From an uncultured Gemmatimonadota bacterium (GTDB lineage: Bacteria; JAAXHH01), in NCBI GenBank assembly GCA_951812955.1, contig OX638340.1, positions 2,368,001 through 2,432,000 on the forward strand: DNA of 64,000 bases, given 5' to 3'. Positions within the stretch are counted from its first letter, which is position 1. The number at the start of each line of letters is the position of its first letter. Below the pieces are notes generated by a model. It searched no databases. It was not told where the DNA came from and saw only the letters and a program-made list of their open reading frames with translations. Shown in pieces: positions 9,102 through 19,098 of this stretch. The position numbers were made by a program, and so were the translations under genes.

Positions 9102-10321
9102 AGACTGGACAGCCGGGTCTCCACCAGGATCTCGGAATGCAGGGTCCGGTGCACGGGGCAGCGGTCGGCGATCTCGAGCAGCCGCGACCGCTGTTCTCCG
9201 GTCAGGTCGCCGATCAACTCGATCTCCCGTTCGATGCGGTCCACCTTGCCCTCGGCGGTCTCGCAGGTCTCGCAGTGGCTGGCGTGGATTTTCGCGTGGG
9301 TGAGCCGGACGACGATCTCCTCCAGCGGCCAGGACTTGCGGTCGGCGTACATCCTGAGCGTAATGGACGTGCAGGAGCCCAGGGCCCCGAGCAGGAGGTC
9401 ATAGGGAGTCCCGCCGCGGTCCGTGCCCCCGACCGACTCCGGTTCGTCCACGGTAATGTGATGGCCCGAGGCCGCGACTTCCGTATAGTAGCGTTCCCGC
9501 CCCGTCCGCACCACCACCTGGCTCCCCGCTGGTTCGGGTCCGGCGTCCCTCGCGGCGGGCACGTCCAGGTACCGCGTCGCCCATGCCGCGGCGGCCCGGC
9601 CGACGTAGAATGCATCGGCCTCGTTCGAAAGCAGGTGATCCGCCTTGTCGAGGGAGAGGAAACTCTTCGGGTGGAGCGCGGCCTGGAATATCCGGGCGGC
9701 GTTATCTATACCGACCGTCTGGTCGATCGGCGAGTGGCACACCAGCAGCGCGCGGCGGAGACCCCGGATGTTCTCCTCCATCCGTGTCTCCTCGAGATCG
9801 TCGAGAAACTGTTTTTTGATCAGGAAAGAGCGGCCAGCCAGCGAGACGGTGGCCTGGCCGGTCCGCTCGATGGTCTCCCGCGCGTCCGCAATCAGGTGCG
9901 TCACGTGCTCCGGATCGGCCGGTGCGCCGATGGTCACCACCGCCTTGCAGGAAGGGATCGAGCCGGCGGCCTTCAGTACGGCCGCTCCGCCGAGGGAGTG
10001 GCCGATCAGGACCTGCGGCGCCTCGTAATGGGTCTCCAGGTAACTCGCCGCGGAGACCAGGTCGTCCACGTTGGAAGAGAAACTGGTTTCGGAGAAGTCC
10101 CCTTCGCTGTCGCCCAGGCCGGTGAAATCGAACTGCAGTACGGCCAGACCGTGGTCGGACATCTCCTGGCTGATGCGCCGGACGGCGTTCAGGTTCCGGT
10201 TGCAGGTGAAACAGTGGGCGAACAACGCGTAGGCGACCGGCCTGCCGTCGGGCGGCAGGCTGAGCCGCGCGGCAAGCTGGTCGCCGTGGTCATTCGGAAA
10301 GCTGATCGTCTGAACGGGCAT
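9098..10321 (-). CDS. bifunctional alpha/beta-hydrolase / OsmC-family protein
   Basis: N-terminal GHSLGG nucleophile elbow. The C-terminal roughly 140 aa resemble OsmC/Ohr (GALGSCTSITLRMYA). Confidence 0.7.
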   Translation of the reverse strand: MPVQTISFPNDHGDQLAARLSLPPDGRPVAYALFAHCFTCNRNLNAVRRISQEMSDHGLAVLQFDFTGLGDSEGDFSETSFSSNVDDLVSAASYLETHYEAPQVLIGHSLGGAAVLKAAGSIPSCKAVVTIGAPADPEHVTHLIADARETIERTGQATVSLAGRSFLIKKQFLDDLEETRMEENIRGLRRALLVCHSPIDQTVGIDNAARIFQAALHPKSFLSLDKADHLLSNEADAFYVGRAAAAWATRYLDVPAARDAGPEPAGSQVVVRTGRERYYTEVAASGHHITVDEPESVGGTDRGGTPYDLLLGALGSCTSITLRMYADRKSWPLEEIVVRLTHAKIHASHCETCETAEGKVDRIEREIELIGDLTGEQRSRLLEIADRCPVHRTLHSEILVETRLSSL

Positions 10322-10351
10322 GACAATCCCCGGTCCGCGTTCGACCCGTTC

Positions 10352-13204
10352 CTACTCCAGCTGGCCGGTTTCGTCGGACAGGCGTTGCAGGACGTTCTCC
10401 AACTGCTGCAGCGAAGTCCCGTAACCGGACCAGTCGCCGGTCTGCAGGTAGTTCTGCGCGTCGTCGAAATGGGCTACCGCCCGTTTAGCCAGTTCATCCA
10501 GCGTGGCACGACGGGTATGGATCACCTCCTGGCCGTCGACGATCGTCTTGGTCTGCCGGGCCAGCGTGCCTTCGTCGAATGAGAAGATGGACGACAGCGC
10601 CTGGTCCAGCGTCTCCCGCATGGCGATCCGGTTGCCGTAGGCGACGATCACGCGCTTGAGTTCGGGCAGCCCGCCCCGGCTGGACCGTTGCCGGAGGTAC
10701 AGCGGTTCGATGTAGAGGAGCGACTCCTGGATCGGCACGACGATGATGTCGCCCCGGATCACCTGCGAGCCTTCCTGGTTCCAGAGGGTAAGCTCCTTGG
10801 CGATATCGGCGTCCTGGGTGATCCTGGCCTCGATCTGCATGGGACCGTAGACCAGCTCCTGTTTCGGGAAGTTGTAGACCTGTATGCGGCCATAGAGCGG
10901 TTGGTCGCAGTGGGCCGCCATCCAGCCGATCATGTTCTCCTTGTTGGCTGGCGTGAAGGGCAGCAGCAGGAGCAGTTCCTCCTTGTCCATCTGGGCCGTC
11001 TTCATCACGGCGTAGTACGGGTACACCTGCTGTTCCTGTTCGGCGTAGACCTGCTGGGGAACCGCCCACATGTCTTCCTTGTTGTAGAACACCTGGGGAT
11101 TGCGCATGTGGTAGATACGGTACATGGCGGCCTGGATGGCGAACATGTCTCTCGGATACCGGATGTGGTCCTTCAGCGTCTGCGGCATCTCGCTCAGCGG
11201 CCTGAAAAGCGTCGGGAAAATATTCCGGTAGGTCCGCACCAGCGGATCCTCTTCGTCCACCAGGTAGAAGTCGGTCTCGCCCGAGTAGGCGTCGATGACC
11301 ACTTTCACCGAATTGCGTATGTAATTGATGTTCTGCAGCGTAGGCTGGTTCTGGACGAACCGTCGTTGCGGCGCCTGGTTGAGGCCCGGTATATCCGACT
11401 GCGGTCCGGTGCCCAGGTCGCCCGTGTCCGGCATCTGCAGAAGCCCGCTGAAGCGTTGCGAGTAGGGATAGGAACCGGTCGTCGTATAGGCGTCGATCAT
11501 CCAGTAGAGCTTTCCGCCGGCGATGATCAGGTAGGGATCGTGATCATAGTCCAGGAACGGTGCGACGTTCTCCACCCGGCTTTGCAGGCGGCGGTAGAAC
11601 ATGACCTGGCTTTCTTCGGTGATGAGCGGGCTGATGACGAAGTTGGCCTCGCTGAAATACCGGGCGAAGGCCAGGCGGCGGAAATAGGAACTGAGCTCCA
11701 CGCCGCCGTCGTCCTCGTACCTGCTGAACTTGTTCTGGTCGCCTTCCGGATAGTCGAATTCCTCCTGCGTGGTCTTCACGACCGCGTAGGCTTCCATGTT
11801 CTCGCCGAAGTACAGCTCAGGACGCCGTACGGCAAGGTCGTCGCTGATGGCAACGGGCGGGATGTCCTTCACGAAGAGATCCGGCAGTCCCTCGGGCGTG
11901 GATGTATTCACCGGACTGAGGCAAAGACCGTAACCGTGCGTGTAGAAGAGGTGCCTGTTCTGCCACGTGGGCGACGGGATCTGGTTGTAGTTCAGCTCGC
12001 GCGCGGCCAGCATGACCTGTCGGTACTGGCCGTCGATCAGGTACCGGTCCTCGTCCACGTTGGAGAAATCGTAATAGGTCCGGATCTCCTGAAGTTGCTG
12101 GTAAGTCCGGCGCAATGGACGCTTGTCCTGGATCTTCAGGTTGTTGATGGTCGTGATGTTGGACTGGATATCTTCCGACGTGAGGTTCTCCTGAATCTGG
12201 AAGGGCACCTCGTCGACGCTGTCCAGCCCGTAGCCTTGCAGCGTGTAGTTGATGGTATGCTGAATGTAAGGCGCCTCGCGGTCGTACTCGTTGGGAGCCA
12301 CCAGGAAGTACTGAACGAGTCCAGGATATACCGAACCGACGATCAGGGAAGAGGCGATCATGCCGCCGATGGCGATGAAGGGAAGGTTGCGGCGCTGAGA
12401 GCGGAGCGACATCACGAACAGGCCTGCGCACGTGATGGCCACGAAGAGCAGGATCCACAAGGCGTTAATCCGGGCGTGCAGATCGGTATAGCCCGCGCCG
12501 AAGGCGAATCCCGATTCGGAGTAGAGCAGACGGTACATGTCGAGCCGGTAGCCCCAGGCCATGAGCAGGAAGACGATGGCGCCCAGGACGCAGACGTGGT
12601 TCCTTGCGTAGGAGCGGATCTGTATGCCGCGTTCCTCGATGGTGACTGCGCCGCGGTAAAGGTAATACAGGGTAACGGCGATCGCCGAGGCCACGACCAG
12701 GAGCAACAGCCAGAACCGGACGAAATGCATGATCGGCAGCGAGAAAACGAAGAATCCGATATCGAGATTGAATATGGGGTCCGTGGCGCCGAAGGCTTCC
12801 TGATTGAAATACCGTAGCATGCCGTCCCAGTTTGCCAGGCCGATCAGACCCATGATTGCGGAAATGACCAGGATGCCGACGATCGTCACGACCTCGATCA
12901 GTTTCGACGAGGAAAAAAGCTGTTCGAGTTCGGACATTTCCTCGTTGAAAAGGTGCAGTTCGGTGAGGCGCGTCGAGAAATACCGCGCCAGGTAGACATT
13001 CGTCCCGAGGCCGACCACCGCGACCAGCCCAAATACCAGTCCCGTGAAGAACTTTGCGCTGATCGTCGTCCAGAACACGTCGTTGAATCCCAGTTGATCG
13101 AACCAGAGCGCTTCTACCCAGATGTTGGCCCCGAATCCGCTGAGGATCCATAGTCCGATAACGACGATGGCTGCAATGAAGATTAAAGATCTGAATCTAC
13201 CCAA
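10352..13204 (-). CDS. UPF0182 family membrane protein
   Basis: 950 aa with N-terminal multi-TM segments followed by a large soluble region. Size and N-terminus (IAAIVVIGLWILSG) are typical of the UPF0182/YerB family. Confidence 0.8.
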   Translation of the reverse strand: MGRFRSLIFIAAIVVIGLWILSGFGANIWVEALWFDQLGFNDVFWTTISAKFFTGLVFGLVAVVGLGTNVYLARYFSTRLTELHLFNEEMSELEQLFSSSKLIEVVTIVGILVISAIMGLIGLANWDGMLRYFNQEAFGATDPIFNLDIGFFVFSLPIMHFVRFWLLLLVVASAIAVTLYYLYRGAVTIEERGIQIRSYARNHVCVLGAIVFLLMAWGYRLDMYRLLYSESGFAFGAGYTDLHARINALWILLFVAITCAGLFVMSLRSQRRNLPFIAIGGMIASSLIVGSVYPGLVQYFLVAPNEYDREAPYIQHTINYTLQGYGLDSVDEVPFQIQENLTSEDIQSNITTINNLKIQDKRPLRRTYQQLQEIRTYYDFSNVDEDRYLIDGQYRQVMLAARELNYNQIPSPTWQNRHLFYTHGYGLCLSPVNTSTPEGLPDLFVKDIPPVAISDDLAVRRPELYFGENMEAYAVVKTTQEEFDYPEGDQNKFSRYEDDGGVELSSYFRRLAFARYFSEANFVISPLITEESQVMFYRRLQSRVENVAPFLDYDHDPYLIIAGGKLYWMIDAYTTTGSYPYSQRFSGLLQMPDTGDLGTGPQSDIPGLNQAPQRRFVQNQPTLQNINYIRNSVKVVIDAYSGETDFYLVDEEDPLVRTYRNIFPTLFRPLSEMPQTLKDHIRYPRDMFAIQAAMYRIYHMRNPQVFYNKEDMWAVPQQVYAEQEQQVYPYYAVMKTAQMDKEELLLLLPFTPANKENMIGWMAAHCDQPLYGRIQVYNFPKQELVYGPMQIEARITQDADIAKELTLWNQEGSQVIRGDIIVVPIQESLLYIEPLYLRQRSSRGGLPELKRVIVAYGNRIAMRETLDQALSSIFSFDEGTLARQTKTIVDGQEVIHTRRATLDELAKRAVAHFDDAQNYLQTGDWSGYGTSLQQLENVLQRLSDETGQLE

Positions 13205-13328
13205 AATATCGCTCCTTGCCCGTTGTGTTGGGGACGATATGTGGAGTCACAGAACCCCCGCCCCCGGATTGGTTCTGCCTTGTTCTTAAAACTCTATTCT
13301 CTTAAAATCGGTTATATCTGTCTCTAAC

Positions 13329-14306
13329 TTATACGTGCCTCAATCCCGCCACAGCTATTCCTTTATCCAGCATCATGGGACGGGCGGCCTGGCGTATGCG
13401 GGCCTTGACCCCGTCATCGGTGATGTACTTGACCTGGTTGATCCCATCGATGCGAAACATCATTTCGAGGCCGGCCTGGCGCAGAGCAGTCGTTTCGGTA
13501 CCTTCCGCCAGATAATCGCCCATGCCGTCCGCGTACGTGCCCCACAGCCCTTCAACAGCGTCGAATACCCTATCTGCGTTCCGAGGACTGTTGTATGCGT
13601 GCAACAGGTAGTGGGCCATGATGAAGCCCGCGTCCTGGGCCGGGTGCCCGTAGTTTACGAATTCCAGGTCGAAGGTATGGACCCGCTCCTCCGCGACGAT
13701 GACGCTGGCCGTCCAGAAATCACCGTGGAGCAGCGCCTGTTTCGTTTCCGTGAACGTCTCCGCCAACTGGCGGGCGACGCGGTTCAGATCCGGATCTTCG
13801 ACGAAATAGAAACAGTACTTGTACCTCAGGCCCTGCATGTCTTCATTGTCGAATCGCGCACGCAAATCCGGGTCGTCCCAGGTCTGGCAGTGCAGGGACG
13901 AAAGGAACCCGCCGAGTTTGCCTGCTACGCTCGCGTCGACGCGTCCCCGCTCCAGCTCGGTTTCGAGGGACGGCCGCTTTCCCAGGTCGGACATGACCAG
14001 GATACGCCGCTCGTCGTCGAAATGCAGAACGGCCGGAACGGTTCCCTCGGGGAAAAGCCCGTCCAATTCCCGGAGGGCCTGCATCTCGTATACGATCCTG
14101 TCGGTGGTGACCCTGAGGTCCGGGAACAGCCGCAACGCGTCCAGGGCCTGCTTGACCACGACCGACCGGTCGCCTGCCGAGACCCGCAGCACGGTGTTCA
14201 GAAACCCGCCGCCCAGTTCTTCCACCGTGCAGGATCCCTCCGGCGGCGCGTCTAAAAGATGTCTTGTATACAGGTAATCCGCTACATTATCTTTATCTAT
14301 GTTCAT
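13329..14306 (-). CDS. phosphotransferase-family kinase (APH/MtnK-like fold)
   Basis: The Brenner-like HGDFW motif and D..F.N.G motifs of the aminoglycoside phosphotransferase / methylthioribose kinase family. The start is taken at MNIDKD (AT-rich context). Confidence 0.55.
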   Translation of the reverse strand: MNIDKDNVADYLYTRHLLDAPPEGSCTVEELGGGFLNTVLRVSAGDRSVVVKQALDALRLFPDLRVTTDRIVYEMQALRELDGLFPEGTVPAVLHFDDERRILVMSDLGKRPSLETELERGRVDASVAGKLGGFLSSLHCQTWDDPDLRARFDNEDMQGLRYKYCFYFVEDPDLNRVARQLAETFTETKQALLHGDFWTASVIVAEERVHTFDLEFVNYGHPAQDAGFIMAHYLLHAYNSPRNADRVFDAVEGLWGTYADGMGDYLAEGTETTALRQAGLEMMFRIDGINQVKYITDDGVKARIRQAARPMMLDKGIAVAGLRHV

Positions 14307-14365
14307 GACCAAAGTGGCGTCATCATAACGCGACTCCCATCGCGCCAAGCCATGCATTCCGGCCA

Positions 14366-15115
14366 ATGATCCCTTACCCGCGTACCGCACTCGTCCTGCT
14401 CGCCAAGTACCCCGAACCCCGACGCGTCAAGACCCGGCTGGTCAATGGCACTGCGGAGAACGGTTACGCAGGCCTCAAGGATATCCGGGACAGGTCGGGC
14501 GCGATTCTTGGTCCGAAAGAAGCCAATCGCCTGGCGGCCGCTATGTACCGCGCTTTCCTGGTGGACCGGTTCGCGGCGCACCGGGGACGGGATTACGACG
14601 TCCTGCTGGCCGCGTCCCAGCCCGAATGCGCGGATGCCTTTCGCCCGATTACCGGGCCGGACGTCCCGTACCACGCCGCATCCGGCGCGAACATGGGCGA
14701 GATGATGCTCGGGATCTTCGAGGAACTGCTCGTAAGATACCCGTACGTGCTGATCTCCGGGAGCGACATGCCGCGCCTGGACGAAACCGTTATCGATCAA
14801 GCCCGTGCGTCCCTCTCATCCCACGATATTGTGCTTGTTCCTGCCCAGGACGGCGCGTACAATCTTATCGGCATGCGCAAGCCGCATCGGATATTCGATA
14901 TTTCGCGCTGGAGTTCGGGTTCTGAACTCGAGGAGACCGTAGCCTTGCTTCGGGACCGCCGAATCACCCACGAGGTGCTCGACGACTACCGCCTGCTGGA
15001 TATCGATACGATCGAAGACCTGGTGCAGTTGATGCGCAGTCCGAAAACCGTCGAAACGCCGCAAACCAACGCTTTTCTGGCTGCGCTCGACGAACGTTTC
15101 GACATCGCGGATTGA
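14366..15115 (+). CDS. DUF2064 / TIGR04282-family glycosyltransferase-like protein
   Basis: LVLLAKYPEPRRVKTRL, ISGSDMPRL and DIVLVPAQDGAYNLIG match the nucleotide-sugar-transferase-like DUF2064 pattern. Confidence 0.65.
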   Translation: MIPYPRTALVLLAKYPEPRRVKTRLVNGTAENGYAGLKDIRDRSGAILGPKEANRLAAAMYRAFLVDRFAAHRGRDYDVLLAASQPECADAFRPITGPDVPYHAASGANMGEMMLGIFEELLVRYPYVLISGSDMPRLDETVIDQARASLSSHDIVLVPAQDGAYNLIGMRKPHRIFDISRWSSGSELEETVALLRDRRITHEVLDDYRLLDIDTIEDLVQLMRSPKTVETPQTNAFLAALDERFDIAD

Positions 15116-15157
15116 ACGCGTGAATCAACGCCGTATATTAAACCGGACAGGCTTCGG

Positions 15158-16825
15158 GTGTCAAGGGATTTCACCGGTAAAAGGGTTACCGTACTGGGCC
15201 TCGGCGTGCTATCGGGCGGCGTCGCTTCCGCGCGGTATTTCGCCGAGCGGGGCGCGGACGTCACCGTTACGGATCTGCAGCCGGCAGAAGCGCTTCGGAA
15301 GTCCATCGACGCGCTCGCGCCATGGCCGGTCCGCTACGTGCTCGGTGAGCACCTCGATGAGGACATTACCGGAGCGGACCTCGTGGTGGTCGGCCCCGCC
15401 GTCCGGGACGACAGTCCCTTCCTCCGGCTGGCGCGGGACCGGGGCATTCCGCTGACCACCGAAACGAACCTGGTCTTCGAGAACTGCAGACGGCCCATCA
15501 TCGGCATTACGGGCAGCAACGGGAAGACCACGACCACCCGCCTTATCGGGGCGATGTTCCATGCGGTCGACCCGGCTACGCTCGTGGGCGGAAACATCGG
15601 CCGGTCCGTGCTCAACGAGCTTGCGGATCTGGACGTTGCAGATGGCCAGGACGAGGCGTCAGGTCCCGGCGCAACGCCCGGAACTTGCCCTGGTGCGACG
15701 CCCGGCGCCGGAAGCACTCGGGTCAGGCCGACAGATGAAAGCCCCGTGATTCTCGAGCTGTCCAGCTTCCAGCTTCACCGCCTGGCCTGGATCCGGCAAA
15801 GCCCCGGTGTGGCCGTGGTGACGAACCTGTCTCCGAATCACCTGGACTGGCACGGTACCTTCGACGCCTACGAAGAGGCCAAGCAACACATCGTGCATTA
15901 CCAGTCGCCGGAAGACGTGGTCGTCCTGAACGCCGATGATGAGCGGCTGCGCGGGTGGGCGGCGTGCTGTCCGGGACGGATAGCCTGGTTCAGCATGGAG
16001 GGACCGGTCGAGACCGGATGCTACGTGCGGGAAGGACAGGTAGTCTACCGCGGCCCAGCGGAGGGAAGTGGCGTATCGGAAAGTAGTGACGCATCGGAAG
16101 AACACGGCCCGGTGGACGGGCACGATTCAGCGGACGGAGGCGGTCCGGCCGAACGCGGCCTGCCAGGCGAGCGCGTCGTGTGTCCCGTGGACGCCCTCCG
16201 GCTCCCGGGTCCGCACAACCGGGCCAACCTGCTGGCCGCCGTGACGGCTGCGAGCCTGTGGGGGATCCCGGCATCGGTCATCCGGTCGACGGTCGAGGCG
16301 TTCCGCGGCGTGGAACATCGCCTGGAAGAAGTGGCCGTAATCGATGGCGTGGGGTACTATAACGATTCGGCCTGCACCACGCCGGCTTCGACGATCACGG
16401 CCCTCCGGGCTTTCGACGCACCAGTGGTCCTGATCGCAGGCGGGTACGACAAGGGTATGTCGTTCGACGGCATGGCATCGGTACTCGTCCGCCGCGCCCG
16501 GGCGGCCGTCCTGATCGGCGCGACCGCGGATGCGATCGAGGCAGCGATCGGGAAAGCCGGGGTGGCTCATGCGGCTGGCGGGAAAGCCAACGCGGCTCAT
16601 GCGACCGGCGGGAAAACCGGTACAACGGACGCACTGACCATCGCCCGTTCCGATTCGCTCGATGACGCCGTGCGGCAGAGCGCCGGCCTGGCGCGGCCTG
16701 GAGACGTGGTGGTGTTGTCACCCGGCTGTGCGAGTTACGACATGTTCACCAACTACGAGGAACGCGGACGGCGGTTCAAGGAAGCCGTGGCCGCGCTGGC
16801 GCGAAACGCGGACGGTAACGCGTAG
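15158..16825 (+). CDS. murD: UDP-N-acetylmuramoylalanine--D-glutamate ligase
   Basis: VLGLG...GITGSNGKTTTT Mur-ligase P-loop, NHLDWHG, and the C-terminal DAVVLSPGCASYDMF. The protein is 555 aa because of three low-complexity Gly/Ala/Ser/Pro/Asp-rich inserts. Confidence 0.85.
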   Translation: MSRDFTGKRVTVLGLGVLSGGVASARYFAERGADVTVTDLQPAEALRKSIDALAPWPVRYVLGEHLDEDITGADLVVVGPAVRDDSPFLRLARDRGIPLTTETNLVFENCRRPIIGITGSNGKTTTTRLIGAMFHAVDPATLVGGNIGRSVLNELADLDVADGQDEASGPGATPGTCPGATPGAGSTRVRPTDESPVILELSSFQLHRLAWIRQSPGVAVVTNLSPNHLDWHGTFDAYEEAKQHIVHYQSPEDVVVLNADDERLRGWAACCPGRIAWFSMEGPVETGCYVREGQVVYRGPAEGSGVSESSDASEEHGPVDGHDSADGGGPAERGLPGERVVCPVDALRLPGPHNRANLLAAVTAASLWGIPASVIRSTVEAFRGVEHRLEEVAVIDGVGYYNDSACTTPASTITALRAFDAPVVLIAGGYDKGMSFDGMASVLVRRARAAVLIGATADAIEAAIGKAGVAHAAGGKANAAHATGGKTGTTDALTIARSDSLDDAVRQSAGLARPGDVVVLSPGCASYDMFTNYEERGRRFKEAVAALARNADGNA

Positions 16826-16865
16826 CATCGAATAATCCGGAAATACAGCACCTGGAGGATCCGGC

Positions 16866-17717
16866 ATGGCCATAGAAACCGTGGGCGTCATCGGATGTGG
16901 GCTGATGGGGGCGGGCATCACGCAGGTTTGCGCCGAGGCGGGGTACCGGACGATCGTCCGCGAGGCGTCAGGCGAATTGGTAAGCGGAGGCATCAGCCGA
17001 ATCGACGGCGTCCTGTCGCGCAACGTATCTAAGGGGAAGATGTCGGCAGACGAAAAGGCGGCCGTACTCGGACGCATCACGGGCACCACCGAATTCGACG
17101 ATCTGGCCGATTGCGACCTGGTGATCGAAGCGGTCACCGAGAACCTGGAAACCAAGCAGGAGGTCTTCCGGATCCTGGACGGCATCGCCTCGCCGGAGGC
17201 CATCCTGGCCAGCAACACCTCATCCATCTCCATCACCGAACTGGCTTCGGCGACGGACCGGCCGGAGCAGGTCCTGGGACTGCATTTCTTCAATCCCGTG
17301 CCCGTGATGCTGCTTATCGAGATGGTCATCGGACTGCAGACCAGCGAGAAGACCGTGGCAACGGCCCGGCAGTTCGGAGAATCACTGGGCAAGCAGGTGA
17401 TCGAAGTCAGGGACACGCCCGGTTTCATCGTAAACTACCTCCTCATCCCGTACCTGCTCGACGCCGTGCGGCTGGTCGAATCGGGCGTGGCTACGAAGGA
17501 GGATATCGACGCGGGAATGGTCCTGGGGTGCATTCACCCGCTCGGTCCGCTCAAGCTCCTCGACTTCATCGGACTGGACACCACGCTGTACATCGCGGAA
17601 GTGCTCTACGACGCCTTCCGCACCGACCGGTACGCCGCACCGCCTCTGCTCCGTCAGATGGTCTCCGCCGGCATGAACGGGCGCAAGAGCGGGCGGGGGT
17701 TCTACGGGTATGGTTGA
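16866..17717 (+). CDS. hbd: 3-hydroxybutyryl-CoA / 3-hydroxyacyl-CoA dehydrogenase
   Basis: VGVIGCGLMGAGI NAD-binding motif, the NTSSISIT signature and the C-terminal dimerisation domain. 283 aa. Confidence 0.85.
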   Translation: MAIETVGVIGCGLMGAGITQVCAEAGYRTIVREASGELVSGGISRIDGVLSRNVSKGKMSADEKAAVLGRITGTTEFDDLADCDLVIEAVTENLETKQEVFRILDGIASPEAILASNTSSISITELASATDRPEQVLGLHFFNPVPVMLLIEMVIGLQTSEKTVATARQFGESLGKQVIEVRDTPGFIVNYLLIPYLLDAVRLVESGVATKEDIDAGMVLGCIHPLGPLKLLDFIGLDTTLYIAEVLYDAFRTDRYAAPPLLRQMVSAGMNGRKSGRGFYGYG

Positions 17718-17750
17718 ACTGCGCAAAGGGTATGATTGAACTGCGCAAAG
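17707..17750. repeat. 22-bp tandem duplication (GGTATGRTTGAACTGCGCAAAG x2) spanning the hbd stop codon
   Basis: Two adjacent copies that differ at one position. Confidence 0.6.
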
Positions 17751-17843
17751 CCGATCAATCCGGACGTAGAACGTGTGGAAGGCAATGTCGATCGAGCGGT
17801 GTGTGTCGTCGATTGGATCTGAGTCGATTGGATCTGTTTCACC

Positions 17844-17857
17844 TGTACAATTGTACA
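17844..17857. promoter_or_regulatory. perfect 14-bp palindrome TGTACAATTGTACA upstream of the M24 peptidase gene
   Basis: Exact inverted repeat (GTAC-N4-GTAC core). A 15-bp tandem GTCGATTGGATCTG x2 lies at 17806-17835 and a CTGCAGGT x2 just after. Confidence 0.4.
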
Positions 17858-17939
17858 ATACATGCTGCTGCAGGTATGGTGCCTGCAGGTGTTTTATTAC
17901 GAATTTAGCAGGACAGAACCCAAAGCGAGAGGCATTTGG

Positions 17940-19079
17940 ATGAACGCTACACCCGATAACGAGGCCGTTCTGCTCATCGCGGACAGCGAAAGCAGTGCCG
18001 ACATGCTGTACGCTACGGGGCTGTTCGTGCCGGACCCTTTTACCTACCTGCGGGTGGGCGGCCGGTCGACCATCATGATGAGCGACCTGGAGATCGACCG
18101 TGCACGAGCCCAGTCGAAGGTCGATGAAGTAGTATCGCTCACGGACTACACGGACCGTGCGAAGACAAACGGAAAGGCGGACCCACGAATTGTGGACGCC
18201 GTCATCGAGTTGCTCCGGGACCGGGAAGTGAAGGGCGTCAGGGTGCCGTACGGCTTCCCCCTGGGGTACGCGGATAAACTACGGGATCGAGGATTCGAGG
18301 TGGCGGCGAAGGAGGATCCCTTCTGGGACGAGCGGCCGGTGAAATCCGACGACGAGGTGGCGGCCATCTCGGAGGTCTCCCGGTACACGGAAGACGCCCT
18401 GCGCATGGCCTTTGGATTGCTCGCCGAGGCCGATGTGAAGGACGGCGTTCTCCACGGTCCGGAAGGTCCGTTGACTTCCGAGTATATCCGTACGCGCATC
18501 CACGTATTTCTGCTGGAACGGGATTGCATCGCCCAACACACCATCGTCGCGGGGGGCGTCCAGGGATGCGACCCCCACAACGGAGGTTCCGGTCCGCTGC
18601 GCGCCGGCGAGCCCATCATCTTCGACCTCTTTCCCAAGTCCACGAAGACGGGCTATTTCGCCGACATCACCCGCACAGTGGCGAAGGGTCCGGTATCCGA
18701 TGCGTTCCGACGGCTATACGATACGGTGCTGGAAGGTCAGGAAACCGCGCTCTCCAGAGTACGGGCCGGGGTGGACGGCCAGGAGATCCACGGGGAAGTG
18801 GAACGGCTGTTCGAAAGCAGCGGCTACGAGACAGGCGCGAAGGACGGACGCATGCAGGGCTTCTTCCACGGCACGGGCCACGGCTTCGGCCTGGAGATCC
18901 ATGAACCGCCCCGCATCTCAAAGGTATCTCAGACCCTCGTTGCCGGACACGTCGTGACCGTGGAACCGGGTCTGTACTACCCCGGCTTCGGCGGCGGCGT
19001 TCGGATCGAGGACAATGTGGTCGTTACCGAGGATGGATGCGTCAACCTGACGCGGCTGGAGAAGGTATTCGAGATGTAA
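17940..19079 (+). CDS. M24-family Xaa-Pro aminopeptidase / creatinase-like metallopeptidase
   Basis: Creatinase-N-like N-terminus and the C-terminal pita-bread fold, with HGTGHGFGLEIHEPP and the metal-ligand pattern of M24B peptidases. Confidence 0.8.
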   Translation: MNATPDNEAVLLIADSESSADMLYATGLFVPDPFTYLRVGGRSTIMMSDLEIDRARAQSKVDEVVSLTDYTDRAKTNGKADPRIVDAVIELLRDREVKGVRVPYGFPLGYADKLRDRGFEVAAKEDPFWDERPVKSDDEVAAISEVSRYTEDALRMAFGLLAEADVKDGVLHGPEGPLTSEYIRTRIHVFLLERDCIAQHTIVAGGVQGCDPHNGGSGPLRAGEPIIFDLFPKSTKTGYFADITRTVAKGPVSDAFRRLYDTVLEGQETALSRVRAGVDGQEIHGEVERLFESSGYETGAKDGRMQGFFHGTGHGFGLEIHEPPRISKVSQTLVAGHVVTVEPGLYYPGFGGGVRIEDNVVVTEDGCVNLTRLEKVFEM

Positions 19080-19098
19080 AGCAGACAAGCCCGATACG

